The notes: generated by a model not told the origin, from the letters alone. A DNA stretch of 64,000 nucleotides from Octopus vulgaris (GCA_951406725.2 OX597819.1:92132001-92196000); one strand, 5' to 3'. Positions 29,599-41,933 are shown, counted from the stretch's first letter. Made by a program: numbers and translations.

Positions 29599-29694
29599 TA
29601 TACATATATACATATGTATACGTATATATATGCATGAATATATATATATATGCATATATATATATATGTGTGTGTATGTGTACGTATGCGTTTG

Positions 29695-30110
29695 CTTATG
29701 TTGATTGCTTCTTGCCAGAAGGGTGGTGTTCCTTCCTTGAACTTTGCACGACTATATGCACGCACGTGCCTCTTCATTCCTGCATCCGTTCTGTGAGCAC
29801 GTTCTCAAATTTAATATTTGTGCTAACTGTCTCTTTTCATCACTGTCTGAGGCGTGACCTCGTGTGTTCTTCCACGTCTAGTTAGTCAGGTTGCCCCGAG
29901 ATTCGCAAATTAAGCCACATTAATTAGACATGTGCCGCAGAAGGCATGTCGGCACAACTATCTCACAAGTTGCTTCATTTACCTCTCATTCATGTGAGGT
30001 CAGCTGATTGAGTAATCCAGCTCTTGACGGAAGAAATCATCCACATACATTGCACTTCAATTCCATCTGGATTTCTGCAAGCGATGCACTTGAGGCTTGC
30101 TTGAAGTGTC
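29695..30110 (-). pseudogene. Degenerate LINE (RTE-like) 3' end with C2H2 zinc-finger remnants
   Basis: Minus strand KCNVCG*FLPSRAGLLNQLTSH and AGMKRHVRA; ends next to a microsatellite. Confidence 0.45.
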
Positions 30111-30270
30111 TATGTATATGTATTTGCTTACATGTGTTCTATTTGTATATTTCAAATTTCTAACCAATGAAATTCTTAACTTTGAAACAAACCTATTTAT
30201 TGGAATTTAGATAGCAAACAGATGCTATATAAATATGCATGCACATGTGTATCTAAGTACGTGTGCGTAT

Positions 30271-30343
<73 letters not shown>

Positions 30344-30423
30344 TACATATACACATACATACATATATACATATACACATACATACATATATAATGTATA
30401 TGTGTATATGTATATATATATAT

Positions 30424-30971
30424 AGGTTGCTTGACCGCATACCGAAAATGTAGGTTTAGCCTTTGCTCGCTTTCTTCAAATATTTTGATGTCGCATGGTC
30501 AGAAGGTTTGAGGTACGTAGCATTTGATAAATCTATGATAAATCTATTTCAATGGAAAGCTGTGCTGAAGAAGGATGTGAAATATATATGCAATATATAT
30601 GAAATATATATCAAAAGTATATATGAAATATATATTCAATATGTTTATAATCCAGAAACATGATGTTCACAGATAACCACCAGACTTCGTTTTCGAATAT
30701 CTATTCCTTCTGTTTTGCATATGTGAATTACAGGGTTTGTCGTGCCGGGAGCCCCATTTGTGGAAATTAGAAATAAGCATTTTTGACTGCTATTTCTACT
30801 TTTTTCGGTATGCGGTCAAGCAACCTGTTGCCTGTCCCTTTTTCTTATATACAATATATATACTGAACTTTACAGAAGTTCCTGCCGGTAATCGGCTATA
30901 TTTACATACCGAATTCTACCAGTAAATAATTGTGGTCTTTTTTTAAAAACCATTATAGAAATTATTTACCC

Positions 30972-30975
<4 letters not shown>
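30424..30975 (+). mobile_element. Non-coding PLE-like insert in (AT)n with short inverted 5' segment
   Basis: 30424-30452 (AGGTTGCTTGACCGCATACCGAAAA) is the reverse complement of about 30800-30826; contains an HHR. Confidence 0.65.
30560..30672 (+). ncRNA. Type I hammerhead ribozyme fold with AT-rich expanded stem II
   Basis: CTGTG-CTGAAGA-AGGA[AT-rich insert]TCCA-GAAAC-ATGAT-GTT-CACAG; stem I CTGTG/CACAG is perfect. Confidence 0.65.
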
Positions 30976-31052
<77 letters not shown>

Positions 31053-31064
31053 CTGTAAGAAGCT

Positions 31065-31198
31065 GTCAGAATGGCCGAGTTGTCTAAGGCGCCAGGTACC
31101 TTAACCTGAACATTGTGTATACTGGTTCACAAACGTTAGTTTTCAATGGCGGTGCCCCAGCATGGCCACAGCTCGTGAGCTGAAACTAGATGAAAAAA
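31065..31198 (+). mobile_element. Short tRNA-Leu-headed SINE-like element
   Basis: GTCAGAATGGCCGAGTTGTCTAAGGCGCCAG matches the 5' half of eukaryotic tRNA-Leu; ends with a family-B-like tail GGCGGTGCCCCAGCATGGCCACAG...CTGAAAC. Confidence 0.65.
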
Positions 31199-31406
31199 AT
31201 ATATATGTATATGTATATATGTGTGTAAATATACGTGTGTGTGTATATGTGTGTATTTATGTATGTACGCAACTGTACAAATATCTATCGTTTTACAACC
31301 AAGTAAGGAGCATTAATACTGGCCAAACACCATCCTATGTATAGAGAATGTCATGTCCAGTTCAAGGCTCTTTTTCATGTAATTCATATATGTGGCATTT
31401 AATTCC

Positions 31407-31725
31407 AGGGCACGTGGCTTAGTGGTTAGGGTACTTGGTTCACAATCGTAAGGTTGTGAGTTTGAAAACCTGCGGTGCGTTGTGTCCTTGAACACGACAC
31501 TTTATTTCACATTGCTCCAGCCCACTCTGCAGGCAAAAATGGGCAGTTCCTGTAATTTAAAGTGTCAGCCTTGTTATATTCTGTCATGTTGAATCTCTAT
31601 GAGAACTACGCTAAGAGTACACATATTTGTGGAGTGCTCAGCTACTTTCACGTTAATTTTACGAGCAGGTTATTCTGTTGATCGGATCAGCTGAAATCCT
31701 GGCCGTCGCAACCGACAGAGTACCA
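31407..31725 (+). mobile_element. SINE family A head with tail 2 (diverged)
   Basis: Homologous to 26288-26592. Confidence 0.8.
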
Positions 31726-31821
31726 GTTACATAATACACATACAACCATGGTAAATTTAATTAATTTCTTGTTGATTGAAAAGACGACGGACAGCCTGGA
31801 TCAATTTGCGAATGCACACAC

Positions 31822-31852
<31 letters not shown>

Positions 31853-31899
31853 GGAGAGAGCGAGAGAGAATTGGTGTGTGAAAGCACGTGGTTCGATGT

Positions 31900-32415
31900 A
31901 CAAAAAATAAAAGAGACTGAAAAACTACAGAAGGCTTGTGTTATAAGGTTAAAGAATATATTTAAGTCGTTATGTCAGAAAAATGTTATAAAATTTTGTG
32001 TATATAGTAACATAGTTTTTGGAGAAATAACCGGTTTCGTATAGTCTTTTCAAATTCCTCAAATTTCTTTATCTACATCGTTTCATGTCTTCGCATGAAG
32101 TGAAGAGTTCCAGGCAAGAGAAGGTAATCAGGAATTTCTTCCGGTATAAGGGAGATAATCGCTTTATATTTTTTCTTTTTTTCAATGACATGAACTTCCT
32201 TGTGTAAAAATGCTAGAATGGTTAAGTTTTGGTTTATATTTTTCAATGAAGAATTTTTCCTTGTTTAATCTAATTTGTATTGATGTACCAATAGCACATT
32301 GATAGAATGGAAAGATTGAAAATTGTGGTAGTAGTTGCTTTGCGCATTTTTCAATATGTTCACTAAAAGGTATCATTCTGTATTCTGGGAATGTAATCTG
32401 TTGTCGATGCAGAGT
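31900..32415 (-). mobile_element. Penelope-like element 3' end (GIY-YIG C-terminus plus 3' repeat)
   Basis: LHRQQITFPEYRMIPFSEHIEKCAKQ...FSIFPFYQC...RLNKEKFFIEKYKPKLN is a typical PLE GIY-YIG C-terminus. Confidence 0.7.
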
Positions 32416-33125
32416 GCAATCTTTGGTAAATAAAATTTATTTATTTACCACTGGCGTTGCCTCGTCAGCAGAAAAGCCAAGGACTACCATATATTCACGA
32501 GGCGGTAACAAGCATGCCTCGAGTCTATATGCTATACAATTTCAAAATCCACCGCATTCGTGCGGTTTTCTCAGGTGTATATATAAACTGCCGATTTAAT
32601 TTCAAAATTAGCCCAAAAATCATTAATTAATAAATTTTAGGGTAGCAAAAAATTCTAGAAAATTTCTCCGCTACCAGCGGTCAAGTGAGAAAGAGAAAAT
32701 AGTCAATAGACTATATAATATACATTCAAACATATAAGGGATGGTCATAATAGGACATCCGACTCACTAGAAAGAGCAGCTAAACTCCAAACCACTAATA
32801 GTTGTAATTCTGAAATGGAAAGAGAAATAAAAACGTTTACCCTCTCCTTTCTGGACTATGCATAGTTTCGGCAATCTTTTGTAAATAAAATTAATTTATT
32901 TACCACTGGCGTTGCCTCGTCAGCAGAAAAGCCAAGGACTACCATATATTCACGAGGCGGTAACAAGCATGCCTCGAGTCTATATGCTATAAATTTTCAA
33001 AATCCACCGCATTCCCGCGGTTTTCTCAGCAGTAAATATAAACTGCCGATTTAATTACAACTAGTAGTGGTTTGGAGTTTAGCTGCTCTTTCTAGTGAGT
33101 CGACGTCCTATTATGGCCATCCCAT
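32416..33125 (-). mobile_element. Non-coding PLE-like tandem repeat (period ~455 bp) with inverted terminal segment
   Basis: 32416-32605 repeats at 32871-33060; 33052-33125 is the reverse complement of about 32735-32808; abuts (AT)n. Confidence 0.8.
32847..32930 (-). ncRNA. Type I hammerhead ribozyme (canonical core)
   Basis: Minus strand TTTTCTG-CTGACGA-GGCAA[...]TTGCC-GAAAC-TATGCATA-GTC-CAGAAAG: all three stems, full core and GUC site. Confidence 0.8.
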
Positions 33126-33126
33126 A

Positions 33127-33197
<71 letters not shown>

Positions 33198-33959
33198 TAT
33201 GGGAGATGTGTGGGGTGGAATTCAGAGTGAATGTTAAAACATGTTTAACCTGTAATGTATATCAGGTTAAGCATGTTATAGTAATGTTATAACTCGTAAT
33301 TTACGCCATGTTATGTCGCTATTACGATCAACGAAAACAATACGCTTTTAAAACCATTCGCTTCTTTTCAGACTTCCTACACACTATTTTTGGATGTTCA
33401 TTGATGTGGTTGTAACTACCATTACCAACAAGCAGCAGCAGCAGCACTACTACCACCACAACCACCACCACCACCACCACCAAAACTATGATCACCAACG
33501 CAAACACCATTACAGCACAACAGCTGCCGCCATCATAATGGCCATACCACATTCTGCTGATTAATCTCTGATCTGGAGATTGCGTGAGAGTCACTCAACA
33601 CAATGACGCAGTGAAAATTTAAATATTCCAATAATGTATGTATGTATGTATGTATGTGTATGTATGAATATACGTATATATAAATACATACATACATACA
33701 CACACACGCACACACACACATATATATATACATAAATCTCTATGTATATATATATATATATTATATATATATATACATATATACAAATGCATCCATGTAT
33801 GTGTATTTGTATTTATATATGTGTATGCATATATACCTAGATATATATAGGTATATATGCATAAACACATATAAATACCAATACATATACATGTATGCAT
33901 GTGTATATATGTTTATATATATATAAATGCGACAAGCACAGACACACAAACATATACAA

Positions 33960-34014
<55 letters not shown>

Positions 34015-34016
<2 letters not shown>

Positions 34017-34175
34017 TATGACGATCTTCTTTCAGTTTCCGTCGTCCAAATCCACTCAAAAGGCTTTGGTCGGCCCGAGGCTATTGTGAAAAACACTCGC
34101 CCAAGGTGCCACGCAGTGGGACTGAATCCGGAACTATGGTTGTTAAGCAAGCTACTTACCACACAGCCACTCTTA

Positions 34176-34178
<3 letters not shown>
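34015..34178 (-). mobile_element. SINE family B 5' half
   Basis: Reverse complement of the family B head. Confidence 0.85.
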
Positions 34179-34242
<64 letters not shown>

Positions 34243-34309
34243 TTTGGTACTTCGATAGGTTTCGTCCAGTATTGTCTCAAGCCATGCCTAACTAATAGCA
34301 CCACCTGGT

Positions 34310-34368
<59 letters not shown>

Positions 34369-34449
34369 CAAAGTGGAGTTGTGGGGTACCGCACGAGTGG
34401 AATTATATACGAAAGAAGGTTTGAAAATGCAATTTAAAAGATGTTTATT

Positions 34450-34492
34450 TACTTTACCGGTTTCACTCTTTGGAAAAAGATTGTCAAAAGTA
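34450..34492 (-). ncRNA. Minimal hammerhead-like fold, variant core UUGACAA
   Basis: TACTT-TTGACAA-TCTTT-TTCC-AAAGA-GT-GAAAC-CG-GTA-AAGTA. Confidence 0.6.
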
Positions 34493-35019
34493 ACATGTAA
34501 AAGTTTGGTTGCGTTAATTATTGATTGTTGCAAATTGCTACATTACATATATACAGTCTTTGGTAACAGGGATATGTGAAGGACATAAAAATGTTCAACA
34601 AGTTCCTTAAAATATTGGGCACAAAAGATTACTACATAAATAATCGTTCACAAGGACATGCTTAAGATAGTTTCCAGAAGGAATTGACATTGGTATTGTA
34701 TCTGTATATTCAAACATGCACAGAATATTGGTTGACACAGAGTACTATAATCCATATAAATATACATTCTTTGGTGACAAGAGTATGTTGAGAATATAAA
34801 AAAGTTTAACAAGCTCATTGAAATAATGGGCACAAAAGATTACAACAAATATATTATACATCTCTAGATAATTTCCAGGAGGAATTATTAAAGGAATTAT
34901 TTTAAGGAACTTGTTGAACTTTTTTATGTCCGTAACATGTCCCTGTTACCAAAGACTGTATATATGTAATGTAGCAATTTGCAACAACCAATAATTAACG
35001 CAACCAAACTTCTACATGG

Positions 35020-35062
35020 TACTTTTGACAATCTTTTTCCAAAGAGTGAAACCGGTAAAGTA
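35020..35062 (+). ncRNA. Minimal hammerhead-like fold, variant core UUGACAA (second arm)
   Basis: Identical motif to 34450-34492 on the opposite strand. Confidence 0.6.
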
Positions 35063-35101
35063 AATAAACATCTTATAAATTGCATTTTCAAAACTTCTAT
35101 C

Positions 35102-35138
<37 letters not shown>

Positions 35139-35596
35139 CATATATAGTACATCTGTGTGTGCGTGTATTGTGCATATGAGAGTGTATGTGTATTTTGGTT
35201 TGAGTGGATGCAGGTGTGGCTAGCAACTCGGATATGTCTGGGTATATATATAGGAGTGTGTGCGTGTTTGTGTGATTGCGTGTGCATTTGTATGATTTCT
35301 TTGAAAATAGTTGAAAATAGAACAGTTTTTCTCGTAATACGAAAAGAAAATTTAGGCAAAAAAAAAACAAAGAAAAGAAAAAAGAAGCAAAATGTGTCTT
35401 TATAAATTCCACTTAACAATTCCTTTTTAGATATATCTTTCTGGCCGTTCTTAATTCTTACGCTAGCAAGCTATACATTTTGTCATCTGTCTTTATCCCG
35501 ATACATGCGCATACATACATGTACACTAATACACTCGAGAAGCGTCTATATATCCATGCATATATATACACATGTATGTGCCAAAATACATGTATG

Positions 35597-35638
<42 letters not shown>

Positions 35639-35648
35639 AACATATACA

Positions 35649-35689
<41 letters not shown>

Positions 35690-35758
35690 ATACATATATA
35701 TTTATAGAAATATATATACACACACAAATATATATATATATACAAACATATATATACA

Positions 35759-35799
<41 letters not shown>

Positions 35800-35826
35800 T
35801 CATGTTAAACTAATGCATGTGCATTT

Positions 35827-35863
<37 letters not shown>

Positions 35864-36276
35864 AACATATATATACAATCATATATATATATATATATAT
35901 ATATATACATGTTAAACTGATGCATGTGCATTTACACTTGTGCGTGTCTATAAACATCACCGCTGCCGCCACTATCTCTACCATCACAGCCCCCACCACT
36001 CTAATTCACTTCATCATTTACACACCCGTCCACCCATCACACCACCAGCACTGTTTGAAGTACGGGCAGCATTAACTGCGGCTCCCACCAATCATCCACC
36101 TACACCAGAACCAGCATACCCACCACCATTAACAGAATCCCAATCGCTACCTTCTAACATCCATCAAATGCCTTTGCTACCATATTGTTTGTAAGCAAAT
36201 TTCTTCATGATTTTAAATTAATCGCTAGCATTGGAAGACACATACAGATGGACGTATGAAGGTATATACATGTATA

Positions 36277-36422
<146 letters not shown>

Positions 36423-36430
36423 TATATATT

Positions 36431-36495
<65 letters not shown>

Positions 36496-37227
36496 ATATA
36501 TATATGCTTACATACATGTGCATGATAAATCTTACAAATTATTCTGCTTTCCAAAAGTACACACCACCTATAAACAACAACAATAAGAAAAAAAGCCAAA
36601 TGAAAAATTGATTTCTTTCATTTTATAATATTACAAAATTCCGATGAAGCCAGACGCGCTTGCATTTCCGATTGGATAATAAACATCTGCTTATATTACA
36701 ATTTGTAGAATTTGTGTTTTTCCCAGGACAGTGCCAAATCCATTTTAATATTATTCCAATTGTATTCGAAACAAGATTTTCTAAAAATTCAGTATCGAAG
36801 ATTTTAATACTTTCGTAGCTTGCTTTAGAAACATGCATGCATGCATGTATGTATTATGTAAGCATGTATGTATGCATGTATGTATGTATGTATGTATGTA
36901 TGTATGTATGTATGTATATATATGTATGTATGTATGTGTGTATGTATGTATGTATGTATGTATGTATAGATGGATAGATGATTGAACGTATCTATGTATG
37001 CATGTCTGTATTCATGTGTGTATGTGTGTGCTTATGTGTGAATGTCGGTGTGAATCCATGTGTATGTATGCGTGTATGTATGAGTGCAGGCTTTTGTGTG
37101 CATGCAGATGAGCATGTGTGTGTATGTGATCGTATGTGATTGCAATCAGAATGCAAATGTATATACTGCACATCTACACACGGCCATAGTTAACACGCAC
37201 ACGTAGACAGAAACAGACGGACAGATA

Positions 37228-37634
37228 TACTCTTACTCTTTTACTTGTTTCAGTCTTTTGACTGCGGCCATGATGGAGCACCGCCTTTAATCGAGCAACT
37301 CGACCCCGAGACTTATTCTTTTGTAAGCCCAATACTTATTTTATCGGTCTCTTTTGCCGAACCGTTAAGTAACGGGGACATAAACACACCAGCATAGGTT
37401 GTCAAGCAACGCTAGGGCGACAAACACAGACACACAAACACACACACGCATATATATATATATACATATATACGACGGGCTTCTTTCAGTTTCCGTCTAC
37501 CAAATCCACTCACAAGGCTTTAGTCGGCCGAGGCTATAGTAGAAGACACTTGCTCAAGGTGCCATGCAGTGGGACTGAACCAGAACCATGTGGTTGGTAA
37601 ACAAGCTACTTACCACACAGCCACTCCTGCGCCT
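37228..37634 (-). mobile_element. SINE family B copy
   Basis: Full-length reverse-complement match to 1189-1597. Confidence 0.9.
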
Positions 37635-37688
37635 GTATATATATTTATGTATGTAAATGTATGTATGTATGTATGTATGTATATATAC

Positions 37689-37746
<58 letters not shown>

Positions 37747-37788
37747 ATATATATATGTATGTATATGTATGTATATATATATACATAC

Positions 37789-37855
<67 letters not shown>

Positions 37856-37863
37856 CATATAGA

Positions 37864-37904
<41 letters not shown>

Positions 37905-38152
37905 ATATATATATATGAGAGAGAAAGAGTGAAAGGGAGAGAGAGAGAGAGAGAGTGAGAGAGATAAATAAGGGCATGTTCTCAAGTCGCAAATCCACAT
38001 CACATTGCAGATATCAGATTTTCTAATGGCGAAATCTCACAATATCAGAAATAGTGTTGCAACTAATGAATAGTTTCCACATAAATACAGACTGAAAAAC
38101 AAATACTGGCGGTTACATACAATCATACACACACACATACATACATACGTAA

Positions 38153-38183
<31 letters not shown>

Positions 38184-38269
38184 CATACATACACACATAT
38201 TTATCTCGTTTAAGAACGTATGCGTCACAAAAAATATGCATTTCTATATTTTAAATAGAGTTGTTATAT

Positions 38270-38525
38270 TAATCGAAGTGCACTTATCATATATTCATTA
38301 CGGCCGATCTTACTAAACGGTTTTTACAAGAGTTCAACTGAGTGTTAGTCGGTAGGCCGATTATATAACCCTGCGCTCTTCGGAGATGACAACTATTGCA
38401 TAACTAGCGTCTCTGAAGAGCGTGTGGTCACATAATCAGGCTGTTGTCGAACACTCCGTTGAACCCCTTGTGCGAAACCAATTGGTAAGATAGGCCGTAA
38501 TGGTTATACAATACAGTAAATTTCG

Positions 38526-38530
<5 letters not shown>
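38270..38530. mobile_element. Foldback MITE-like palindrome
   Basis: ATTACGGCCGATCTTAC / GTAAGATAGGCCGTAAT and CGCTCTTCGGAGATG / CGTCTCTGAAGAGCG pair symmetrically. Confidence 0.75.
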
Positions 38531-38560
<30 letters not shown>

Positions 38561-38564
<4 letters not shown>

Positions 38565-38775
38565 ATCCAAACATGAAAAAACAAAGAGAAAACACAACAA
38601 CGCGAGGACGTGGAACAAGTATAGTGTTATTGGACGCTCAGGAAAGGGAAAAAGAAGGAGGATTAAACGTTTCGAGCGGAGCTCTTCGTCAGAAACATAG
38701 GAAAAGGAAAGATCCAAGGAAGGGAAGACGGAGGAAAAAATCGCCAACGATACACAGACGGCCACATTTTGAATA
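38561..38775 (-). mobile_element. PLE-like 3' fragment between (AT)n tracts with minimal HHR motif
   Basis: Minus strand GTTT-CTGACGA-AGAGC-TCC-GCTC-GAAAC-GTT at about 38666-38696. Confidence 0.6.
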
Positions 38776-38776
38776 T

Positions 38777-38913
<137 letters not shown>

Positions 38914-38990
38914 TTTCACGTCGAATATGACGTATGAGCGTTTCTGCGGAACACTCTGAAGAAATTATTTGTCTATAGTAATGAAATGTA

Positions 38991-40409
38991 CTGTGGCGGC
39001 CAAAATGTTCAGAACGGCATTTTTTTCGTCAGAAAAGTAGATATAATTTTTTATCAAAGTTGTTTTATATTCTATAATTTTCACATACAATAAATACGAT
39101 ATTATTCGTTATTGCCTGAGATTTTTGTGAAATTTGAGAGGATAATACAAAAGTTATGGATGGTTTAGGTGATTTACTGCAAAACCCATGGCGGCCAAAA
39201 TGATCAGAACGGTTGCTTTTACTCCGTGTTTTAGTATATTTAACCGGCGAACTCTAGTGTTTTGAATTTGTTTACGTGACGGTTCGTTTACTAAACATTA
39301 GTAAGAATATTTGCAGTGTACTTTCTTAATATAATGCCACTTACTCCGTTACCAATTCGTCAGCAGATTATTAAGCTTCGAAGGAAGGATAATTTAAGTA
39401 TTGGAAAATACTATCTCGAAAAACTGTGTCTCGTCGTTTAGTTGAACATGACCTACAAGCAAGAGCACCTGCAGTGAAGCCACTGATCAGCTCCAAGAAT
39501 AAAAATTGTCGTCTTACCTTTGCAACCGAACATGTATTGTGGTCTCAAGAAAAATGGCGAACGGTGCATTTCAGTGAGGAATCTAAGTTTATGTTATTTG
39601 GCTCAGATGGGAAAAGGTACGTTCGTAGAAAAGTAGGTGAAAAATTGTCGACTAAATGCCTTAAGACGAGTGTTAAATTCGGTGGAGGAAGTGTCATGGT
39701 TTGGGGGATGATATCTGGAGATGGTGTGGGCCCTTTGGTGCGATTACATGGAAAGTTAAATGCAGGAGTTTATAAACAACTTGTAAAAGATCATGTCTTG
39801 CCTGTGCTGAGAAATTCAACTAAGCGACCACCCATATTCATGCAGGACAATGCCCCATGTCACAAGGCTAAGGTGGTCATGAACTTCCTCAAGGCTGAAA
39901 AGGTTATTGTTATGGATTGGCCTGCTCAAAGTCCAGATCTCAATCTTATTGAAAATGTATGGAATATTCTAGGAGAACGTTCGAAAGCCAGAAATCCTAA
40001 AACAACTGAGCAATTATGGAATGCCCTTCAGGAAGAATGGAATAAGATCACACAGCAAGAAATTGAAAATTTAATTTCCTCATGCAGTCGAAGATGTCAG
40101 AGTGTGATTGAAGTTAAAGGGCTTCACATTAAATATTAAATAATTCCAGTATTCTCTGTCATTTTTGATTATTTTGTTATTTTTTCCAACCGTTCTGATC
40201 ATTTTGGCCGCCATGGGTTTTGCAGTAAATCACTAAATCATCGATAACTTTTGTATTATCTCTCAAATTACACCAAAATCGCAGACAATAACAATTAATA
40301 TTGTATTTATTGTCTGTGAAAATTATAGAATATAAAACTAATTTGATAAAAACTTATACTTACTTTTCTGACAAAAACAATGCCGTTCTGAACATTTTGG
40401 CCGCAACTG
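38991..40409 (+). mobile_element. Tc1-family DNA transposon, IR/DR type, internally deleted
   Basis: TA flanks (38989-90, 40410-11); ~220-bp TIRs, each with outer and inner GCGGCCAAAATG(T/A)TCAGAACGG repeats; encloses a transposase. Confidence 0.93.
39334..40139 (+). pseudogene. Tc1 transposase (DD34E), disrupted
   Basis: ATG 39334 MPLTPLPIRQQIIKL..., then a deletion/frameshift. Catalytic region FSEESKF (first D changed to E), MQDNAPCH, SPDLNLIENVW, with 34 residues between D and E. Confidence 0.9.
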
Positions 40410-40479
40410 TATGTGTCGTACAATGGCCCTATCTCTCCATCTACCAGCAAGTGAGCATTGCCTGTACAGTGACGCAAGT

Positions 40480-40593
40480 GCCGTATGGGTGAAAGATCAA
40501 CTTGGAATGTGTTTTTCTCAAAAACTCGTCTTCCCGCCCGGTCCGGGAATCGTCGATCTTGAGTGCAACACCCAAATCTCTAGGCCACGCACC

Positions 40594-40595
<2 letters not shown>
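40480..40595 (-). mobile_element. Degenerate SINE family A head
   Basis: GCCCGGTCCGGGAATCG...CTAGGCCACGCACCTT resembles 23190-23270. Confidence 0.55.
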
Positions 40596-40661
<66 letters not shown>

Positions 40662-40947
40662 TACACATACACCACGCACACGCGCACTCACACACGCACA
40701 TTCATACATAGATGCATGTATAAGATACATTTATAGATGCATCAATAGACCGGTCGATCGATTGATTTATCGATATATAAATATATATATATTGATTGAC
40801 AGACAGATGGATAGACATACATACATGTATACATACAAACGTTGCTTTGTTAGCATCTTGTTTGAACTCTCACATCAAGAACGAATTAAACTCAATAAAA
40901 ATCATACATATAGATAGACAGATAGATAGATGAATAGATAGATAAAG

Positions 40948-40992
<45 letters not shown>

Positions 40993-40997
<5 letters not shown>

Positions 40998-41324
40998 AAT
41001 ATTAGGGAATAAATCCAAACTTACAGGAACAAATCAGATTTAGGATTGAATCCAATTTTATAGTAAAATATTATATTATATTAAATTAGAGACAAAACCA
41101 CTATTGTTTAAACCTCGCCAAGTTAAATATTTAAACCACCTGATGAATGACTGCGACTCAAAAATTTGAAGATGTTAGCAGCCATGAAACGATCGTAGTG
41201 TGATATTAATTATATTTTTTAATAATTTTTTATATATTTAAATAATATAAATTAAATAATATTATGTATTGGATTAAGTTTTTCATTGTTTGATTTGCCT
41301 AATAGTGGTTTTGTCTCTAATTTA

Positions 41325-41332
<8 letters not shown>
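40993..41332 (+). mobile_element. PLE-like insert in (AT)n with inverted termini
   Basis: TATTATATTAAATTAGAGACAAAACCACTATT (about 41073-41105) is mirrored at about 41300-41332; contains an HHR. Confidence 0.7.
41137..41200 (+). ncRNA. Type I hammerhead ribozyme (canonical core)
   Basis: CAC-CTGATGA-ATGACTGC[...]GCAGCCAT-GAAAC-GATC-GTA-GTG; palindromic stem III ACGATCGT. Confidence 0.7.
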
Positions 41333-41387
<55 letters not shown>

Positions 41388-41399
41388 ATAGATAGATAA

Positions 41400-41436
<37 letters not shown>

Positions 41437-41447
41437 ATTATAGACAT

Positions 41448-41483
<36 letters not shown>

Positions 41484-41639
41484 GTATGTATCTGGATAGA
41501 TTGGTAGTTAGAAAACAAAGAAAATTATAACATTTGAGCGAGGATGTACCGTTTTCTAAAAAGGTGAATGACTGAAAGATGGCAGAAGAATGGTGAAGAA
41601 AGAAAGAAACCGAAAAGAGAAAGAGAGAGGGAGAGATGC

Positions 41640-41736
<97 letters not shown>

Positions 41737-41902
41737 AAAGAAGTTGGTTGAGCCGGGAAGAAGATTTAGTTGTATTATGCAGAACATACATCAACAAAGA
41801 TAAAGCCATTCAGAGAAATCTTCAAAGTGTTACACATATATTATCATACATACGTGCTGGTACAAATACGTACAAATCTACACTCATACACACACCCGTA
41901 TG

Positions 41903-41933
<31 letters not shown>

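Larger units (their letters stand above)
34404..35108. mobile_element. PLE-like element with ~210-bp inverted arms in (AT)n
   Basis: 34404-34614 and 34898-35108 are reverse complements; each arm carries an outward-facing HHR-like fold. Confidence 0.75.
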
